Shown: one piece after another, positions 1 through 9,897 of the stretch
How positions within the stretch are numbered: position 1 is the stretch's first letter
Layout of the letters: every line of letters starts with the position of its first letter
From: an uncultured bacterium
GTDB lineage: Bacteria > Patescibacteriota > Minisyncoccia > UBA6257 > GWB1-50-10
Direction: 5' to 3'
DNA: 64,000 bases
Assembly (NCBI GenBank): GCA_963713955.1
Contig: OY970216.1
Coordinates: forward strand, 296,850 to 360,849
Program-made: the position numbers and the translations under genes
Notes under the pieces: generated by a model
The model's database searches: none
What the model saw: the letters and a program-made list of their open reading frames with translations, nothing else
Told to the model about the DNA's origin: nothing

Positions 1-30
1 ATCGTCGTCTACGACGATTCCAGGAAACCT

Positions 31-324
31 TTGGCTTCGTCCGGTTACCTGCATGACGAGATGCCGGACTTGCCCGCGGGGGTTTTCGCTTACACCCGCG
101 TGAACGGCGAGGACCGATTCACGTGGCAGCCGGAGCGGGGAGTGAGAGTAGCGGCGGTCGTCGCGCGGTACAACGGCGGATTTGTCGTGGCCGGTAGATC
201 CTTAAGGGAAGTGGAGAAGCGGGAAGATTGGACACTGCTTCAGGTTGTGATCGCTTGGGCCGTTTCGATCGCGATCGCGGGCGTCACCGCGTACGTTTGG
301 GAAACAAAAAAGGAAGAACTTTAA
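31..324 (+). CDS. hypothetical small protein with C-terminal hydrophobic helix
   Basis: ORF track 97 aa; C-terminal LLQVVIAWAVSIAIAGVTAYVW looks like a TM helix; no recognisable family. Confidence 0.3.
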   Translation: MASSGYLHDEMPDLPAGVFAYTRVNGEDRFTWQPERGVRVAAVVARYNGGFVVAGRSLREVEKREDWTLLQVVIAWAVSIAIAGVTAYVWETKKEEL

Positions 325-477
325 AAAAGGGGAGTATATGGGAAACATCCTGTTGTTCGTGGGTGTTGGGCTCGTGTCGATATTCGGAGTTCTGTGCTTT
401 CACGAATTTCTGGAGCACAAGAGATACTGCAGGAGATCAAAGAAATGAGCGGTTGTTCGTTGTTAAAACAACCGCTC

Positions 478-1101
478 TTAAATTTTTGTGGCGGCCCGGT
501 GATTCTTGACGTATTTTTTGAGCTTCAGACCGAAGATGACTATCAATAAGATGGTAAGGAGTGAGTAAAAAGCGAACGAAGCACCCCCGAAATCTTGGGC
601 CACTTTCTGCCAGTATGATCCCATGAAATGCCCCGACAGAGCGTACCCTCCACTCCAAGTTACCGCCGAAAGAATTACGGTCAGGAGGAACGTACGCGGC
701 TTGATTTGGATGAGACCGGCGGCCACCGACGTATAGCCCCTGACGTAAGGAATGAGACGGCCAACGTAGATGCCCCACCAGTTCTTCTCGATTATCCTTT
801 CGCCGATGTGCTCCAGATGTTCGATTTTTATGGGAATCCACTTCGGTTTTTTGTCCAGAATGGTTTTCCCGAAGAAATAGAACACGAAAAACAGTATTGA
901 GGTGCCGATGAAATCGGCGGCGATGACTGAGAGGAGTACCAAGGTTAAACTCAAAACGTTGATGGACGTGAGGTAGCCGGCGAAGAGGAGAACGAATTCG
1001 TTGGGGACCGGATTGGGAACGCCGATCTCCTGGAGGAAGACCAGTGAGAAGATCGCGAGGTACCCGTACTGGGTTATGTAACTCGCCAGTTCTGCAGGCA
1101 T
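478..1101 (-). CDS. DedA/VTT-domain family membrane protein
   Basis: 207 aa; polytopic; GYLAIFSLVFLQEIGVPNPVPNE...GRLIPYVRGYTSVAAG pattern is typical of DedA/SNARE-associated proteins. Confidence 0.75.
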   Translation of the reverse strand: MPAELASYITQYGYLAIFSLVFLQEIGVPNPVPNEFVLLFAGYLTSINVLSLTLVLLSVIAADFIGTSILFFVFYFFGKTILDKKPKWIPIKIEHLEHIGERIIEKNWWGIYVGRLIPYVRGYTSVAAGLIQIKPRTFLLTVILSAVTWSGGYALSGHFMGSYWQKVAQDFGGASFAFYSLLTILLIVIFGLKLKKYVKNHRAATKI

Positions 1102-1163
1102 TAATTCATTATAGCGGTGAGTGCTTAATTTTAAAAGCTGTTATAGAATAGAGAACGTAAACA

Positions 1164-1877
1164 ATGAAAATTTCAATCGTCGTGCCGGCTCGCAATGAAG
1201 CCGGAGTCATAGAAAAAACCCTTCTCTCGGTCATGTCGCAGGAGCTGGATGGGAGTGACGAACTCGAAATAATAGTCGTTGTCAACGATTCTACCGACGA
1301 TACTGCGGAAGTAGCAAAAAAAGTTCTGAATTCCTCAGGTCGAGTGGTTTTTGAGAACCGGAGGGGAGCCAATTTCGCCCGGCAAAAAGGGTTTAAGGAA
1401 TCGACCGGCGACATTGTTTGCTTCGTCGATGCAGATTCATGGATTCCGCCGCGCTGGGCAAGCAATGTTAAGGAAATTCTTCAGAGGGGGTATGCGGGCG
1501 TCTCGGGGCCGTACCATTACAATTTCCCCGAATTGCGATTAAGGGTAGCCAATTGGCTTTTCAACTGGATTGTGCTCCCGACATTGCCGGATCTTCTTTA
1601 CGTTCTTTATCGGAAGAGAGCGGCGGTCGTGCTTGGAGGGAACTTCGCGGCTACCCGCGAAGCGCTTCGGAAAATCGGGGGAATTCCTACAACGGACCTG
1701 AAGAAGGGAGATGACGCGGTGATAGCCATGCTTCTGGCGAGGAAAGCGGGTCGGGTCGCCTTCTCTCATAAAGTCTGGGCTGTGTCTTCGCCCCGTAGGT
1801 ACGAAGAATACGGAGCGAAGAGAGTTCAAAAGGAATATGCTGACGCGTATTTCGGCGCCTATCACAGAATCGATTGA
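1164..1877 (+). CDS. family 2 glycosyltransferase
   Basis: N-terminal KISIVVPARNEAGVIEKTL and DxD region (VCFVDADS) are typical of GT-A fold GT2 enzymes. Confidence 0.8.
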   Translation: MKISIVVPARNEAGVIEKTLLSVMSQELDGSDELEIIVVVNDSTDDTAEVAKKVLNSSGRVVFENRRGANFARQKGFKESTGDIVCFVDADSWIPPRWASNVKEILQRGYAGVSGPYHYNFPELRLRVANWLFNWIVLPTLPDLLYVLYRKRAAVVLGGNFAATREALRKIGGIPTTDLKKGDDAVIAMLLARKAGRVAFSHKVWAVSSPRRYEEYGAKRVQKEYADAYFGAYHRID

Positions 1878-2590
1878 CTTCTGATATAATCATTAGGATG
1901 AAAATAAAATGGAATGAAGTTACGTGGTATTCGAGGATTTTGGCGCTCGTGATTTTCCTGGCTTTGCCGTTTTTGGGATTCTATCTTGGGTATCGGTACG
2001 GCATCGTTCAGATGTCGGCACCGGTCATCGTGCTCACGAGTCCGAGGGGCGATGCCACGGCTATCGACGAGATAAGTTCCACTTCAAGCTGGGCGACGTT
2101 CCAGAGCGACAAGTACGGCTTTTCGTTCAGGTATCCGATGGAGCTCGAGATGATGAATCCGGTCGGAATGTGGAAGTATTTCGCTTCCGCAACGAGTACG
2201 GGTGTTCAGGTCGTGAAGCTCGAGGTGCCGAAGATTTTCGAACCGGGCACCAACTTCGGCGACGCTGAGTTCAACGTCGGCGTGAGTTCTGCGAGTTCGG
2301 ATATGCAAGATTGTTTCCTGCCCATGAACGGCGAGGCCGCCTCGTCGACTTTATACTTGAACGGCACGACGTTTTACGGATTTGCCGGAGAGGACGCCGG
2401 AGCCGGCAATTACTACCAAGTTGAGTCCTACCGTGCCGTACACGACAATGCCTGCTACGATATAGATATGATTGTCCACTCGACGAACCTCGCGAATTAT
2501 CCTCCCGAATTCGGCCTGAAGCAGTTTGATGAGAACAAAATTCACGGCTTGCTGTCGGAAATACTTCAGTCGTTTACCTTCACTCAATAA
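1874..2590 (+). CDS. hypothetical membrane-anchored/secreted protein
   Basis: N-terminal TM helix (ILALVIFLALPFLGFYLGY) followed by a soluble domain; the start may be an internal Met; overlaps the upstream stop by 4 nt (operon-like). Confidence 0.45.
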   Translation: MTSDIIIRMKIKWNEVTWYSRILALVIFLALPFLGFYLGYRYGIVQMSAPVIVLTSPRGDATAIDEISSTSSWATFQSDKYGFSFRYPMELEMMNPVGMWKYFASATSTGVQVVKLEVPKIFEPGTNFGDAEFNVGVSSASSDMQDCFLPMNGEAASSTLYLNGTTFYGFAGEDAGAGNYYQVESYRAVHDNACYDIDMIVHSTNLANYPPEFGLKQFDENKIHGLLSEILQSFTFTQ

Positions 2591-2592
2591 AG

Positions 2593-3387
2593 ATGGGAAA
2601 TAAAAAATTGAAAGAAGCCGTCGGAATAGTCGTCGCGATCGTGGCTATCACCCTCGTCGCTTATTTCGGGTTTTTGAAAGGCGGGGCAGGGAGCGTGAAA
2701 ACACCTGCGCCGACCACCCTCGTTATTTCGGAGCAACCGCTCGACGAGGCTGGCCCGGGTTATTCCATAATCGGATCTTATCCGGTTCTCCAGGGCGGAA
2801 AAGAGAGCGGTGCTTTTAACGGCTATATTTCTTCAATGGTCCAGTCCCGAATTGATGATTTCAAACAATCCTTCGGCGAGAGGGACATTTCGAGGTTACC
2901 GCTGGAGATGCAGGAAGTCACAAGTACCCTCATAATCAATTATTCAATAGAAGCAACGTCGACCGATTTCATGAGTGTTCTTTTGTCGTCCGAAAGCTAC
3001 TTAGTCGGCATGGCGCATCCGTCGCACGCCATGGATTCCGTGAATTTCGATTTGACGACGGGGAAAGATTTGGCCTTGGGGGATTTCTTCGCCCCCGGGT
3101 CGGATTATTTGAAAATTATCGCCGATTACGCGAAAAGCGACATTTTGAATCAGATCAAGGATGGAACGTATTTCTCGACCGAAGATTACCTGGATCAGAG
3201 CGGAGGACTTCTTCCCGATGAATCGAATTTCCAGGTGTTCAATGTAACCCCCGACGCGCTGGTTGTCCATTTCCAGGAATATCAAGTAGGACCCTACGTT
3301 TCGGGTCCCGCGACGACCACGATTCCCTGGAGCATCTTCAAGGGTGTTTTGAATCCCGTGGGCCCGTTGAACCGTTTATTTCATTGA
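2593..3387 (+). CDS. hypothetical membrane-anchored/secreted protein
   Basis: N-terminal TM helix (VGIVVAIVAITLVAYFGF) then about 230 aa soluble domain; no confident family. Confidence 0.45.
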   Translation: MGNKKLKEAVGIVVAIVAITLVAYFGFLKGGAGSVKTPAPTTLVISEQPLDEAGPGYSIIGSYPVLQGGKESGAFNGYISSMVQSRIDDFKQSFGERDISRLPLEMQEVTSTLIINYSIEATSTDFMSVLLSSESYLVGMAHPSHAMDSVNFDLTTGKDLALGDFFAPGSDYLKIIADYAKSDILNQIKDGTYFSTEDYLDQSGGLLPDESNFQVFNVTPDALVVHFQEYQVGPYVSGPATTTIPWSIFKGVLNPVGPLNRLFH

Positions 3388-3436
3388 TTCAAAATGCTAT
3401 AATAGTCTAAAGGCCGATTTATTGAGGATAAAAGAT

Positions 3437-3601
3437 ATGTGGAAACAGTGGGTTAATTTCGTGGTGGGCGTCATCCTCGTGATCATGTCCCTCACGGCCG
3501 CAACGGTGGATGTCTACTATTTGATCGGCGGCGTGATCGTTGCAGTCCTCGCCATATGGTCTGCCATGGAGAAAAAGGGTGGGCCAGCGATGCCGCACTA
3601 A
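3437..3601 (+). CDS. small membrane protein (54 aa; below the ORF-track cutoff)
   Basis: ATG at 3437 has GAGGA 7 nt upstream; in-frame to TAA 3599-3601; two hydrophobic helices (MWKQWVNFVVGVILVIMSL..LIGGVIVAVLAIW). Confidence 0.4.
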   Translation: MWKQWVNFVVGVILVIMSLTAATVDVYYLIGGVIVAVLAIWSAMEKKGGPAMPH

Positions 3602-3666
3602 TCGGTCATTTTGGATGGGACAAGAAGCACCTCCTTGGGGAGGTGCTTTGTTTTGGGAGTCATGAT

Positions 3667-4350
3667 ATGCTACAGGGTATGCGATTCGGGAGAATCATCA
3701 TGTGGGGAGCGGTTGTCGTTGCCGTCGCGGCTGTCGTTTACGGTCTCATCTGGTTACAGGAAACCTCCCCGGTCAATCGATCCCAAGCCGTGGGGAACGG
3801 AAACGTCTCGGTGCCGCCGCCAACTGCCGCGGATTGGGCGGAAGGCAGCCCGAGCGCCTCGACGACGCTCATCGAGTACGGCGATTTTCAGTGCCCCGTT
3901 TGTTCCGTTTACGCGCCCATCTCGGATCAACTCGTAAAGGATTTTCAAGGCAAACTTCTTTTCGTTTACCGGTATTTCCCGCTTGAGACGATACATGAAA
4001 ACGCTGCGCTTTCCGCAGCCGCTGCGGAGGCGGCCGGCAAGCAGGGGAAATTCTGGGAAATGCACGATTTGCTTTTCAAAAACCAGAATTCGTGGGCTGA
4101 CCAGAGTTCGGCCGACGCCGGAAAGACCTTCGCGGGATATGCCTCGGAACTCGGCTTGAACGCGCAAGAGTTCGAAGCCGATATGGATTCAGCGGCGGTC
4201 GGCGCAAAGATACAAGCCGATTATGCGAATGATTTGAAAATGGGATTGAGCTACACGCCGACCTTCTTCCTCGACGGCAAGCTGATCCAAAATCCCCAAG
4301 GTTATGACGAATTCAAACAGCTCATCCAACAATCGCTCGGCGCGAATTAA
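3667..4350 (+). CDS. DsbA-like thiol:disulfide oxidoreductase (thioredoxin fold, membrane-anchored)
   Basis: CPVC active-site motif in DFQCPVCSV; TM anchor; start trimmed to the internal ATG at 3667 (MLQGMRFGRIIMWGAVVV). Confidence 0.75.
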   Translation: MLQGMRFGRIIMWGAVVVAVAAVVYGLIWLQETSPVNRSQAVGNGNVSVPPPTAADWAEGSPSASTTLIEYGDFQCPVCSVYAPISDQLVKDFQGKLLFVYRYFPLETIHENAALSAAAAEAAGKQGKFWEMHDLLFKNQNSWADQSSADAGKTFAGYASELGLNAQEFEADMDSAAVGAKIQADYANDLKMGLSYTPTFFLDGKLIQNPQGYDEFKQLIQQSLGAN

Positions 4351-4768
4351 AACCTTCGTTGTAGCGATTCTTATTCTGGCGACCATCGGGTTCGTCGATG
4401 CGGCGTACCTCACGGTCAACCACTATCTCGGCACCCCGCTGCCGTGCTCGATCGTGAACGGATGCGAAAAAGTGACGACGAGCGTTTACTCGGTCGTCTT
4501 GGGTGTTCCTCTGCCGCTCATCGGCGCCGTCTACTACCTCGCACTTCTTGTTTTGTCCGTCGCTTTTCTCGATGCGGAAAAAAAAGAACTGATCGCCGCG
4601 ATGTTGGGGATTTCGGGCCTCGGTTTTCTCGCGTCGCTCTTCCTGGTTTATCTCCAAATCTTCGTCCTCCGCTCTCTCTGCCCCTACTGCCTGGTCTCGG
4701 CGGCCGATTCAACGCTGATTTTTATCCTCTTGTACGAAGGAAATAAGCAAAAGCGCGACGAAGCTTAA
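4304..4768 (+). CDS. vitamin K epoxide reductase (VKOR)-family membrane protein
   Basis: 4-TM protein with loop cysteines (LPCSIVNGC) and C-terminal CPYC redox motif; adjacent to and overlapping dsbA, the usual VKOR/DsbB-replacement arrangement. Confidence 0.7.
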   Translation: MTNSNSSSNNRSARIKTFVVAILILATIGFVDAAYLTVNHYLGTPLPCSIVNGCEKVTTSVYSVVLGVPLPLIGAVYYLALLVLSVAFLDAEKKELIAAMLGISGLGFLASLFLVYLQIFVLRSLCPYCLVSAADSTLIFILLYEGNKQKRDEA

Positions 4769-5872
4769 GAGTATCGAGAATGCGAAGGGCGCCCTGAATT
4801 CTATCGTCTGCCACAGAAATCCCGCGATGACCGACGCGGGGAGGGCGATGAACCCCATGACCATCGCGAAGCTCCCGAGAAAGCTCGCCCGGAGTTCCGG
4901 CGGCGAGAAATCCGCCACGATGGTTTTGAGATTCCCTTCGTAGGCGCCGTAGTGAAGACCGTAGACGGCGAATCCTAAAAGGAACATGGCGAAGGAAGCG
5001 GCCGTCGCGAAAAAGAAATTGGTGATTATGAAAAGGAGATAAGCGCCGACGAGCACCATTTTCCTTCCGATCTTGTCAGCCAATTTCCCGAAGGGAATGG
5101 CCGCGAGGGCGGAGACCAGTATGAAAACTCCATAGAGAAGCGTCACCTGTTCGATGGAGAAGCCGCTCGTTTTTGCCGCGAGGATGTAGAAGGAATCGGT
5201 GAAGGCTCCGAGCGTGAAAACGGCCGAGGCAAGCGTGAACAAGCGGAGATTCTTGCTCGCGAGGCGGAACGAAAACGAAAGCTTTTTGGTCTCCTCCGTT
5301 TTGGGCCCTCTCTCGCGTATGAAAATGAGAACGAGGAGCGCCCCCATGAGGGAGGGTATCGCCGCGACCCAGAAAAGCTGCCGTTGCGTCAAACTGACGA
5401 CGAGAACGAGCGAGGCGAGGAGTCCGAAGAGCGCGCCGGTCCGATCTGCCGCCCGGAGTGCGCCGAAGGCCGTGGCCCGGACGTTGTACTTCTTGATGTC
5501 CGCGACGATCGCGTCCCGCGGCGCGTCCCTCAATTTCCCTCCCCGATCGAGGATTTTTCCCGGGATGACTTGCCAAGGGACGTTTGACACCGCGTAAACC
5601 ACGCGGCTCAAGAAGGCGCTCAAGTAGCCGAGCCATATGAAGATTTTCCTTTTCTTCAGCTTGTCCGACAAAAATCCGGAGAATGCCTGGGAAAAGGAGG
5701 TCAGAGCGTCTCCGAAGCCGTCGACGAACCCGAGGAACGTCGTCGAAGCGCCGAGAGTTACAGTTACAAACACGGGCCAGATGACGGTCACGAGGTAGTA
5801 GCCGACATCGTTAAGGAACGAGGCGGCCGCGAAGACAAGGATGGTCTTCTTGTTCTCTTTTTCCAGTGGCAT
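4709..5872 (-). CDS. MFS transporter
   Basis: 387 aa; about 12 TM segments; MFS motif A-like GRKMVLVGAYLLF...LADKIGRK. Confidence 0.8.
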   Translation of the reverse strand: MPLEKENKKTILVFAAASFLNDVGYYLVTVIWPVFVTVTLGASTTFLGFVDGFGDALTSFSQAFSGFLSDKLKKRKIFIWLGYLSAFLSRVVYAVSNVPWQVIPGKILDRGGKLRDAPRDAIVADIKKYNVRATAFGALRAADRTGALFGLLASLVLVVSLTQRQLFWVAAIPSLMGALLVLIFIRERGPKTEETKKLSFSFRLASKNLRLFTLASAVFTLGAFTDSFYILAAKTSGFSIEQVTLLYGVFILVSALAAIPFGKLADKIGRKMVLVGAYLLFIITNFFFATAASFAMFLLGFAVYGLHYGAYEGNLKTIVADFSPPELRASFLGSFAMVMGFIALPASVIAGFLWQTIEFRAPFAFSILLSFVALLLISFVQEDKNQR

Positions 5873-5908
5873 TCATAAATGATAACACGAATGTGGTAAA
5901 ATTTTAGG

Positions 5909-7387
5909 ATGAAGACATCCGAGTGGCTGAAGGAAAATCCGACACTCCAGAATTTCAAGCGAAAGCACCCCAGGACCTATGGTTTCTTTGGGAGAAGATT
6001 TTCCGGAAGCGGGCGCTACGGCAGGCGCTTCACGGGAGGGATCGTCCTCAGCCTCGCGCTTTTCGTTCTTTTTCTGGAACTCACCTGGGATGTGGTTTTT
6101 GCGGAAATCACGGCGTTCGATTCGAGTGTCATGAATTTTATTTACACGTTCAGGAATCTCGATTTCGCCAAATACTTCTTGTTTTTCACCGATCTTGGAG
6201 ATTGGCAAACGATAATATTCCTGGGTGTCGTTTTATTCGCTTTGTTCTTGATGCTGGGGAAAAAAAGGAAGGCCCTGTTTTTCTTCGGGACGCTGGCTTC
6301 GAGTGAAATATTTTACCTCCTCGTTAAGCTCGTCATAGCGAGGCCACGCCCGAGCGTTTTTTATTCTCTCGTCTCGAGGAGCGGGTTTTCTTTTCCGAGC
6401 GGGCACGCCGTGGGATCCGTCGTCTTTTACGGGTTTGCCGCATATCTTCTGGCCGGCATGTTCAAAAAGCGCCTGCCGAAGATTTTGATCTGGCTCCTCG
6501 GCGTCTTCGTTGTTCTAAACGTCGGCCTCTCGCGGATATATCTCGGCGTCCATTGGACATCCGATGTTTTGGGAGGGTGGTTGTTAGGTCTCTCTATCGC
6601 GATATTTTCCATCTTTTTCATGAAAGATCTGGCGAGGTCGAAGCCCGAAATCGAGAAGCCCGTTTTCTCGAAAAAATCGATACATCAAATCACGGCCGGC
6701 TTTCTCTTTCTGTCGTTCCTCTTCATCTATTATTTCTATGCCGATAACCCTCTCCTTTACAAACCGTTGCCGGCCCCTCCCACGCCCATTCTCCTCGACG
6801 CGAGTTCAAGCGTTGCCGATATGGTTTCGAGAAGTGATTTTCCAAAGTTTTCTGAGGCGATCGACGGGGACAAAATGGAACCGATGAGTTTCATAATTAT
6901 CGGCTCGAAGGGGGAATTGGTGTCGGCTTTCAAGTCGGAGGGGTGGATTATTGCCGATCCGCCGACGACGGCGAATTTTCTAAGGCTGGCTCTGGCCGCC
7001 GTGGAAGGGAAGCAGTACGACGCGGCCCCGGCTTCGCCGTCGTTTTTGAACGCGGAACCGGAGCTTTTGACCTTCGAGAAAGACATAGGGGGTACTTTCA
7101 AGGTGAGACATCACGCGAGGTTTTGGGAAACCCAGTTCGTTTACGGAGGAGAGCCGGTGTGGGTCGCCTCGGCCAGTTTCGACCAGGGACTTCAGAGTTA
7201 TCTTATCTACCATAAGATCAGTCCGGACATCGATACGGAAAGGGATTACGTAAACGCAGATCTCTTGAAATCGGGATTCGTCAGGAGTGAAACGGAAATA
7301 CAATCGGTGCCGCCGATGATGGGAGAGGACTTCGCGGAAGATCCGTTCTTCACGAATGGCAAGGCCTACGTGATATTCCTGAGGTAG
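5909..7387 (+). CDS. PAP2-family phosphatase with C-terminal extracytoplasmic domain (LssY_C-like)
   Basis: PAP2 signature KLVIARPRP ... PSGH ... SRIYLGVHWTSD; about 230-aa C-terminal soluble extension. Confidence 0.75.
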   Translation: MKTSEWLKENPTLQNFKRKHPRTYGFFGRRFSGSGRYGRRFTGGIVLSLALFVLFLELTWDVVFAEITAFDSSVMNFIYTFRNLDFAKYFLFFTDLGDWQTIIFLGVVLFALFLMLGKKRKALFFFGTLASSEIFYLLVKLVIARPRPSVFYSLVSRSGFSFPSGHAVGSVVFYGFAAYLLAGMFKKRLPKILIWLLGVFVVLNVGLSRIYLGVHWTSDVLGGWLLGLSIAIFSIFFMKDLARSKPEIEKPVFSKKSIHQITAGFLFLSFLFIYYFYADNPLLYKPLPAPPTPILLDASSSVADMVSRSDFPKFSEAIDGDKMEPMSFIIIGSKGELVSAFKSEGWIIADPPTTANFLRLALAAVEGKQYDAAPASPSFLNAEPELLTFEKDIGGTFKVRHHARFWETQFVYGGEPVWVASASFDQGLQSYLIYHKISPDIDTERDYVNADLLKSGFVRSETEIQSVPPMMGEDFAEDPFFTNGKAYVIFLR

Positions 7388-7434
7388 ATTCGGAGAAAGA
7401 GTTCAGTCTCTCACGGGCGTAAATTTCTGCTCGG

Positions 7435-7556
7435 ATAAATTCTCCTCACTCATCCTGGGAAATTGACGGAATTTATCAAACTCAACCCCGACCTGTTGGT
7501 CGGGGGATTCAGACAGTGATAAATTCCTATTTCCTGCGTCTTCGCTCGGGAATTTA
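7435..7556 (+). repeat. family-1 structured intergenic element, diverged copy
   Basis: Same architecture as 19916-20046 and 60027-60155: stem ggaatttatca/tgataaattcc encloses the conserved aactcaacc, a short hairpin ccgacc-tgtt-ggtcgg, and gggattcagaca; begins 48 nt after the PAP2 stop. Confidence 0.5.
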
Positions 7557-7667
7557 TACCCTCGCCTCAACAAAGCCCGCTCAAGACAGAACTCTTTCTC
7601 CTTGTTTTTTTCATTAGTGGAGCCACTTCGATTGATTAGCCATTAGGTTAATCAGAAATTTCGTATT

Positions 7668-8870
7668 CTATTTCTGCGCATTATAGATAGCTTGAATCTC
7701 AGCGGCGGATAAAACTCTACTATAGACGCGGACGTCATCAATTGAATAAATTGGGCTGCCAGAACCTCCACCGCCACCAATCGTCGCGTCCTGCTGACTA
7801 GGTACCCAAGAATTACTAATACTTCCAGAACCGACAAGCGCGCCGTTCACATAAACATAGCCCTTTTGATTAACTGTATCCCAAGCGACCGACACGAATA
7901 ACCAGGTATTGTTTGACATGCTTGGCTGCACAGCGAATTCATAGGCAGCTGAATCTTGGAATACGGCCTGCATGCTTCCTGGAGCACCATAATTATTTCT
8001 TACAAACAGATGGCTACGCGTATTATCCCAACCATCAAAAATAGGCCAACCAACGTTATTCCAACTGGCGGAATTCACCCAAAGGGTCAGCGTGCCCCTT
8101 TGAGGAAAACTTGAATTATACAAAGTGGGAATATTTACATACTGACTCGAGCTATTAGCATTAATAGTTAAACATCCGTTAACCTTGCAACTGGGAGCCC
8201 ATGTAGGGTTGCCTACCACCGTCCCCCCATTCCCATTCCCTGATCTGTCCCCCGGGTCTCCATCCAGCGGCCACCATCCTACTAATCCCTCACTCCTTCC
8301 AATAAGGGATAGGTCAGAACCGATCTCATACTTCCCAGGATCATAGCCTTGGTCTTGGGATGCAGTAGAATTGAGGTATTTCTGTGATTCCAAGGCACTG
8401 GACAAGGCATAGGAGCCTCCTGATACGTAGGTATAGTAGAGTCCAGTGCTTGTGGTATTCGTAGGGTCTATCGGGAGCTTGGATAAAGGGGATCCTGATG
8501 AAATAAGGGTGAGATTCACGGGAATCCAGCCTGTTCCGTCTACTCTTGTTGAGGAAGAGCTTGGAACACAGTGATAGGCCCATCCTGGGGGAGGAGAAGA
8601 CAGTCCCAGATTGGCACAGGTGGATGTGGTATCGGGAACTGATACGTAGAGGGTATTCGGAGTCCCTAAGGACTGGGTATATTGATCTGCTTGGAAGAGG
8701 GATAAGGCACTATTCAGGGCTGAAAGATCAGAGAGCCTGGTTGAATCTCTTCCTTGAGCTAAGAGCTGGGCGGGATTCAAGACCAAGACGACGGCGGTTG
8801 CAAGGACGGCTAAGATCGCGATCACGACCAGGAGCTCGATCAGAGTAAAAGATTCCCGAGAATGAGGCAT
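7668..8870 (-). CDS. type IV pilin-like protein (prepilin-type N-terminal domain) with C-terminal LamG/ConA-like domain, paralog 1
   Basis: SFTLIELLVVIAILAVLATAVV prepilin motif; C-terminal ...DDVRVYSRVLSAAEIQAIYNAQK typical of LamG_3 domains; start set at ATG 8868-8870 (MPHSRESFTLIEL). Confidence 0.75.
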   Translation of the reverse strand: MPHSRESFTLIELLVVIAILAVLATAVVLVLNPAQLLAQGRDSTRLSDLSALNSALSLFQADQYTQSLGTPNTLYVSVPDTTSTCANLGLSSPPPGWAYHCVPSSSSTRVDGTGWIPVNLTLISSGSPLSKLPIDPTNTTSTGLYYTYVSGGSYALSSALESQKYLNSTASQDQGYDPGKYEIGSDLSLIGRSEGLVGWWPLDGDPGDRSGNGNGGTVVGNPTWAPSCKVNGCLTINANSSSQYVNIPTLYNSSFPQRGTLTLWVNSASWNNVGWPIFDGWDNTRSHLFVRNNYGAPGSMQAVFQDSAAYEFAVQPSMSNNTWLFVSVAWDTVNQKGYVYVNGALVGSGSISNSWVPSQQDATIGGGGGSGSPIYSIDDVRVYSRVLSAAEIQAIYNAQK

Positions 8871-9252
8871 TTGATTGATTATAACATTATCTAGGGAAGG
8901 TTTGTTCTTCCTGCCCACCCAAAAGTTTTCCACAGGAGCTATTGACCTGAATTCCTTTTCCGGATATGATTATAAAAATGCAAAACTTAAGGTCGAATTC
9001 GATATTGTTCATCATCATTGCCCTCCTCCTTAGGAAGGGGACTTTGAGTTTTGCTAGAGCATAGAATTGTAAAGGAGAAATCGAATCAAAACTTAAAGCC
9101 CCCGACCGAAAGTCGAGGGCTTTTCGTTTCGGGACCCGAGATTTGTCCACTTGGCAAGCAGGTAAATCTTGGGCTCTGAAGGAAACTTCATTGTCCCAAG
9201 AGTTCTTTGTCAAACTGTTCACTTAAACAAAACACTAAGAAGGAGAAAAGTG

Positions 9253-9774
9253 ATGATTGCGATGACTACTGGCATCCAACCACGTATCGTCATTTCTGGA
9301 GAGACAGAAGACGGTATTGTTGGGAAAATACTTAACTATATAGCCGATCCTCCCCCTCCGGAACAGCGTCGTTATACGAAAAGGTTCTTTGGGTTGTGGC
9401 GTGAAGGAATATGTATGGGGAAGATTGTGAAACAAAAGAGAACGAGGAATGGTGGGGTTGAGGGGACTTTCGATGTTGCCCTTGAGATAGGCACAAGAGA
9501 GGCAGAGAAGAATATTTCCTTAGGCATCCTTTTGAGGGAAGTCCCAGGACTGAAGTTTAGCTTAAAGGATATGAGGAGAGACTCTTCAGGTTGGGTAGAG
9601 TTGCATATCGGCGGGGATGTAGATCGCCGGAAAATACCAAACATTGTGGACCTTATACTGGCTACTTATGTAACCAATCATAAGGAGACGCATCCTGTAG
9701 TGCCCGACAAGCCCGGAGGAAAAATTCAACGGTTTTGTTCCACCAGTGCTGGCAATCCTTTTGCGACGAAGTGA
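9253..9774 (+). CDS. hypothetical protein
   Basis: ORF 9169-9774 trimmed to the internal Met (MIAMTTGIQ); no family recognised; lies after an AT-rich intergenic stretch. Confidence 0.3.
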   Translation: MIAMTTGIQPRIVISGETEDGIVGKILNYIADPPPPEQRRYTKRFFGLWREGICMGKIVKQKRTRNGGVEGTFDVALEIGTREAEKNISLGILLREVPGLKFSLKDMRRDSSGWVELHIGGDVDRRKIPNIVDLILATYVTNHKETHPVVPDKPGGKIQRFCSTSAGNPFATK

Positions 9775-9897
9775 ACCGATTTTTTCTCTCGCGGGTAAAA
9801 AATACTCCGAGGGAACTTCTAACGAAAGCTGTGGTGACCCCGCAGCTTTTTTCCTTTTATTTGCCCAGAGGTGAAGAGTGATTTAAAATATTTGCAT

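Noticed and set aside
5076-5636. 186-aa minus-strand ORF and 132-aa plus-strand ORF
   Set aside because: They overlap the MFS transporter gene. Their Arg/Gly/Pro-rich low-complexity translation indicates non-coding frames.
8887-9222. 111-aa minus-strand ORF in the AT-rich gap upstream of pilin paralog 1
   Set aside because: Low-complexity, overlaps the next ORF, no SD or start context. More likely promoter or regulatory DNA for the pilin gene.
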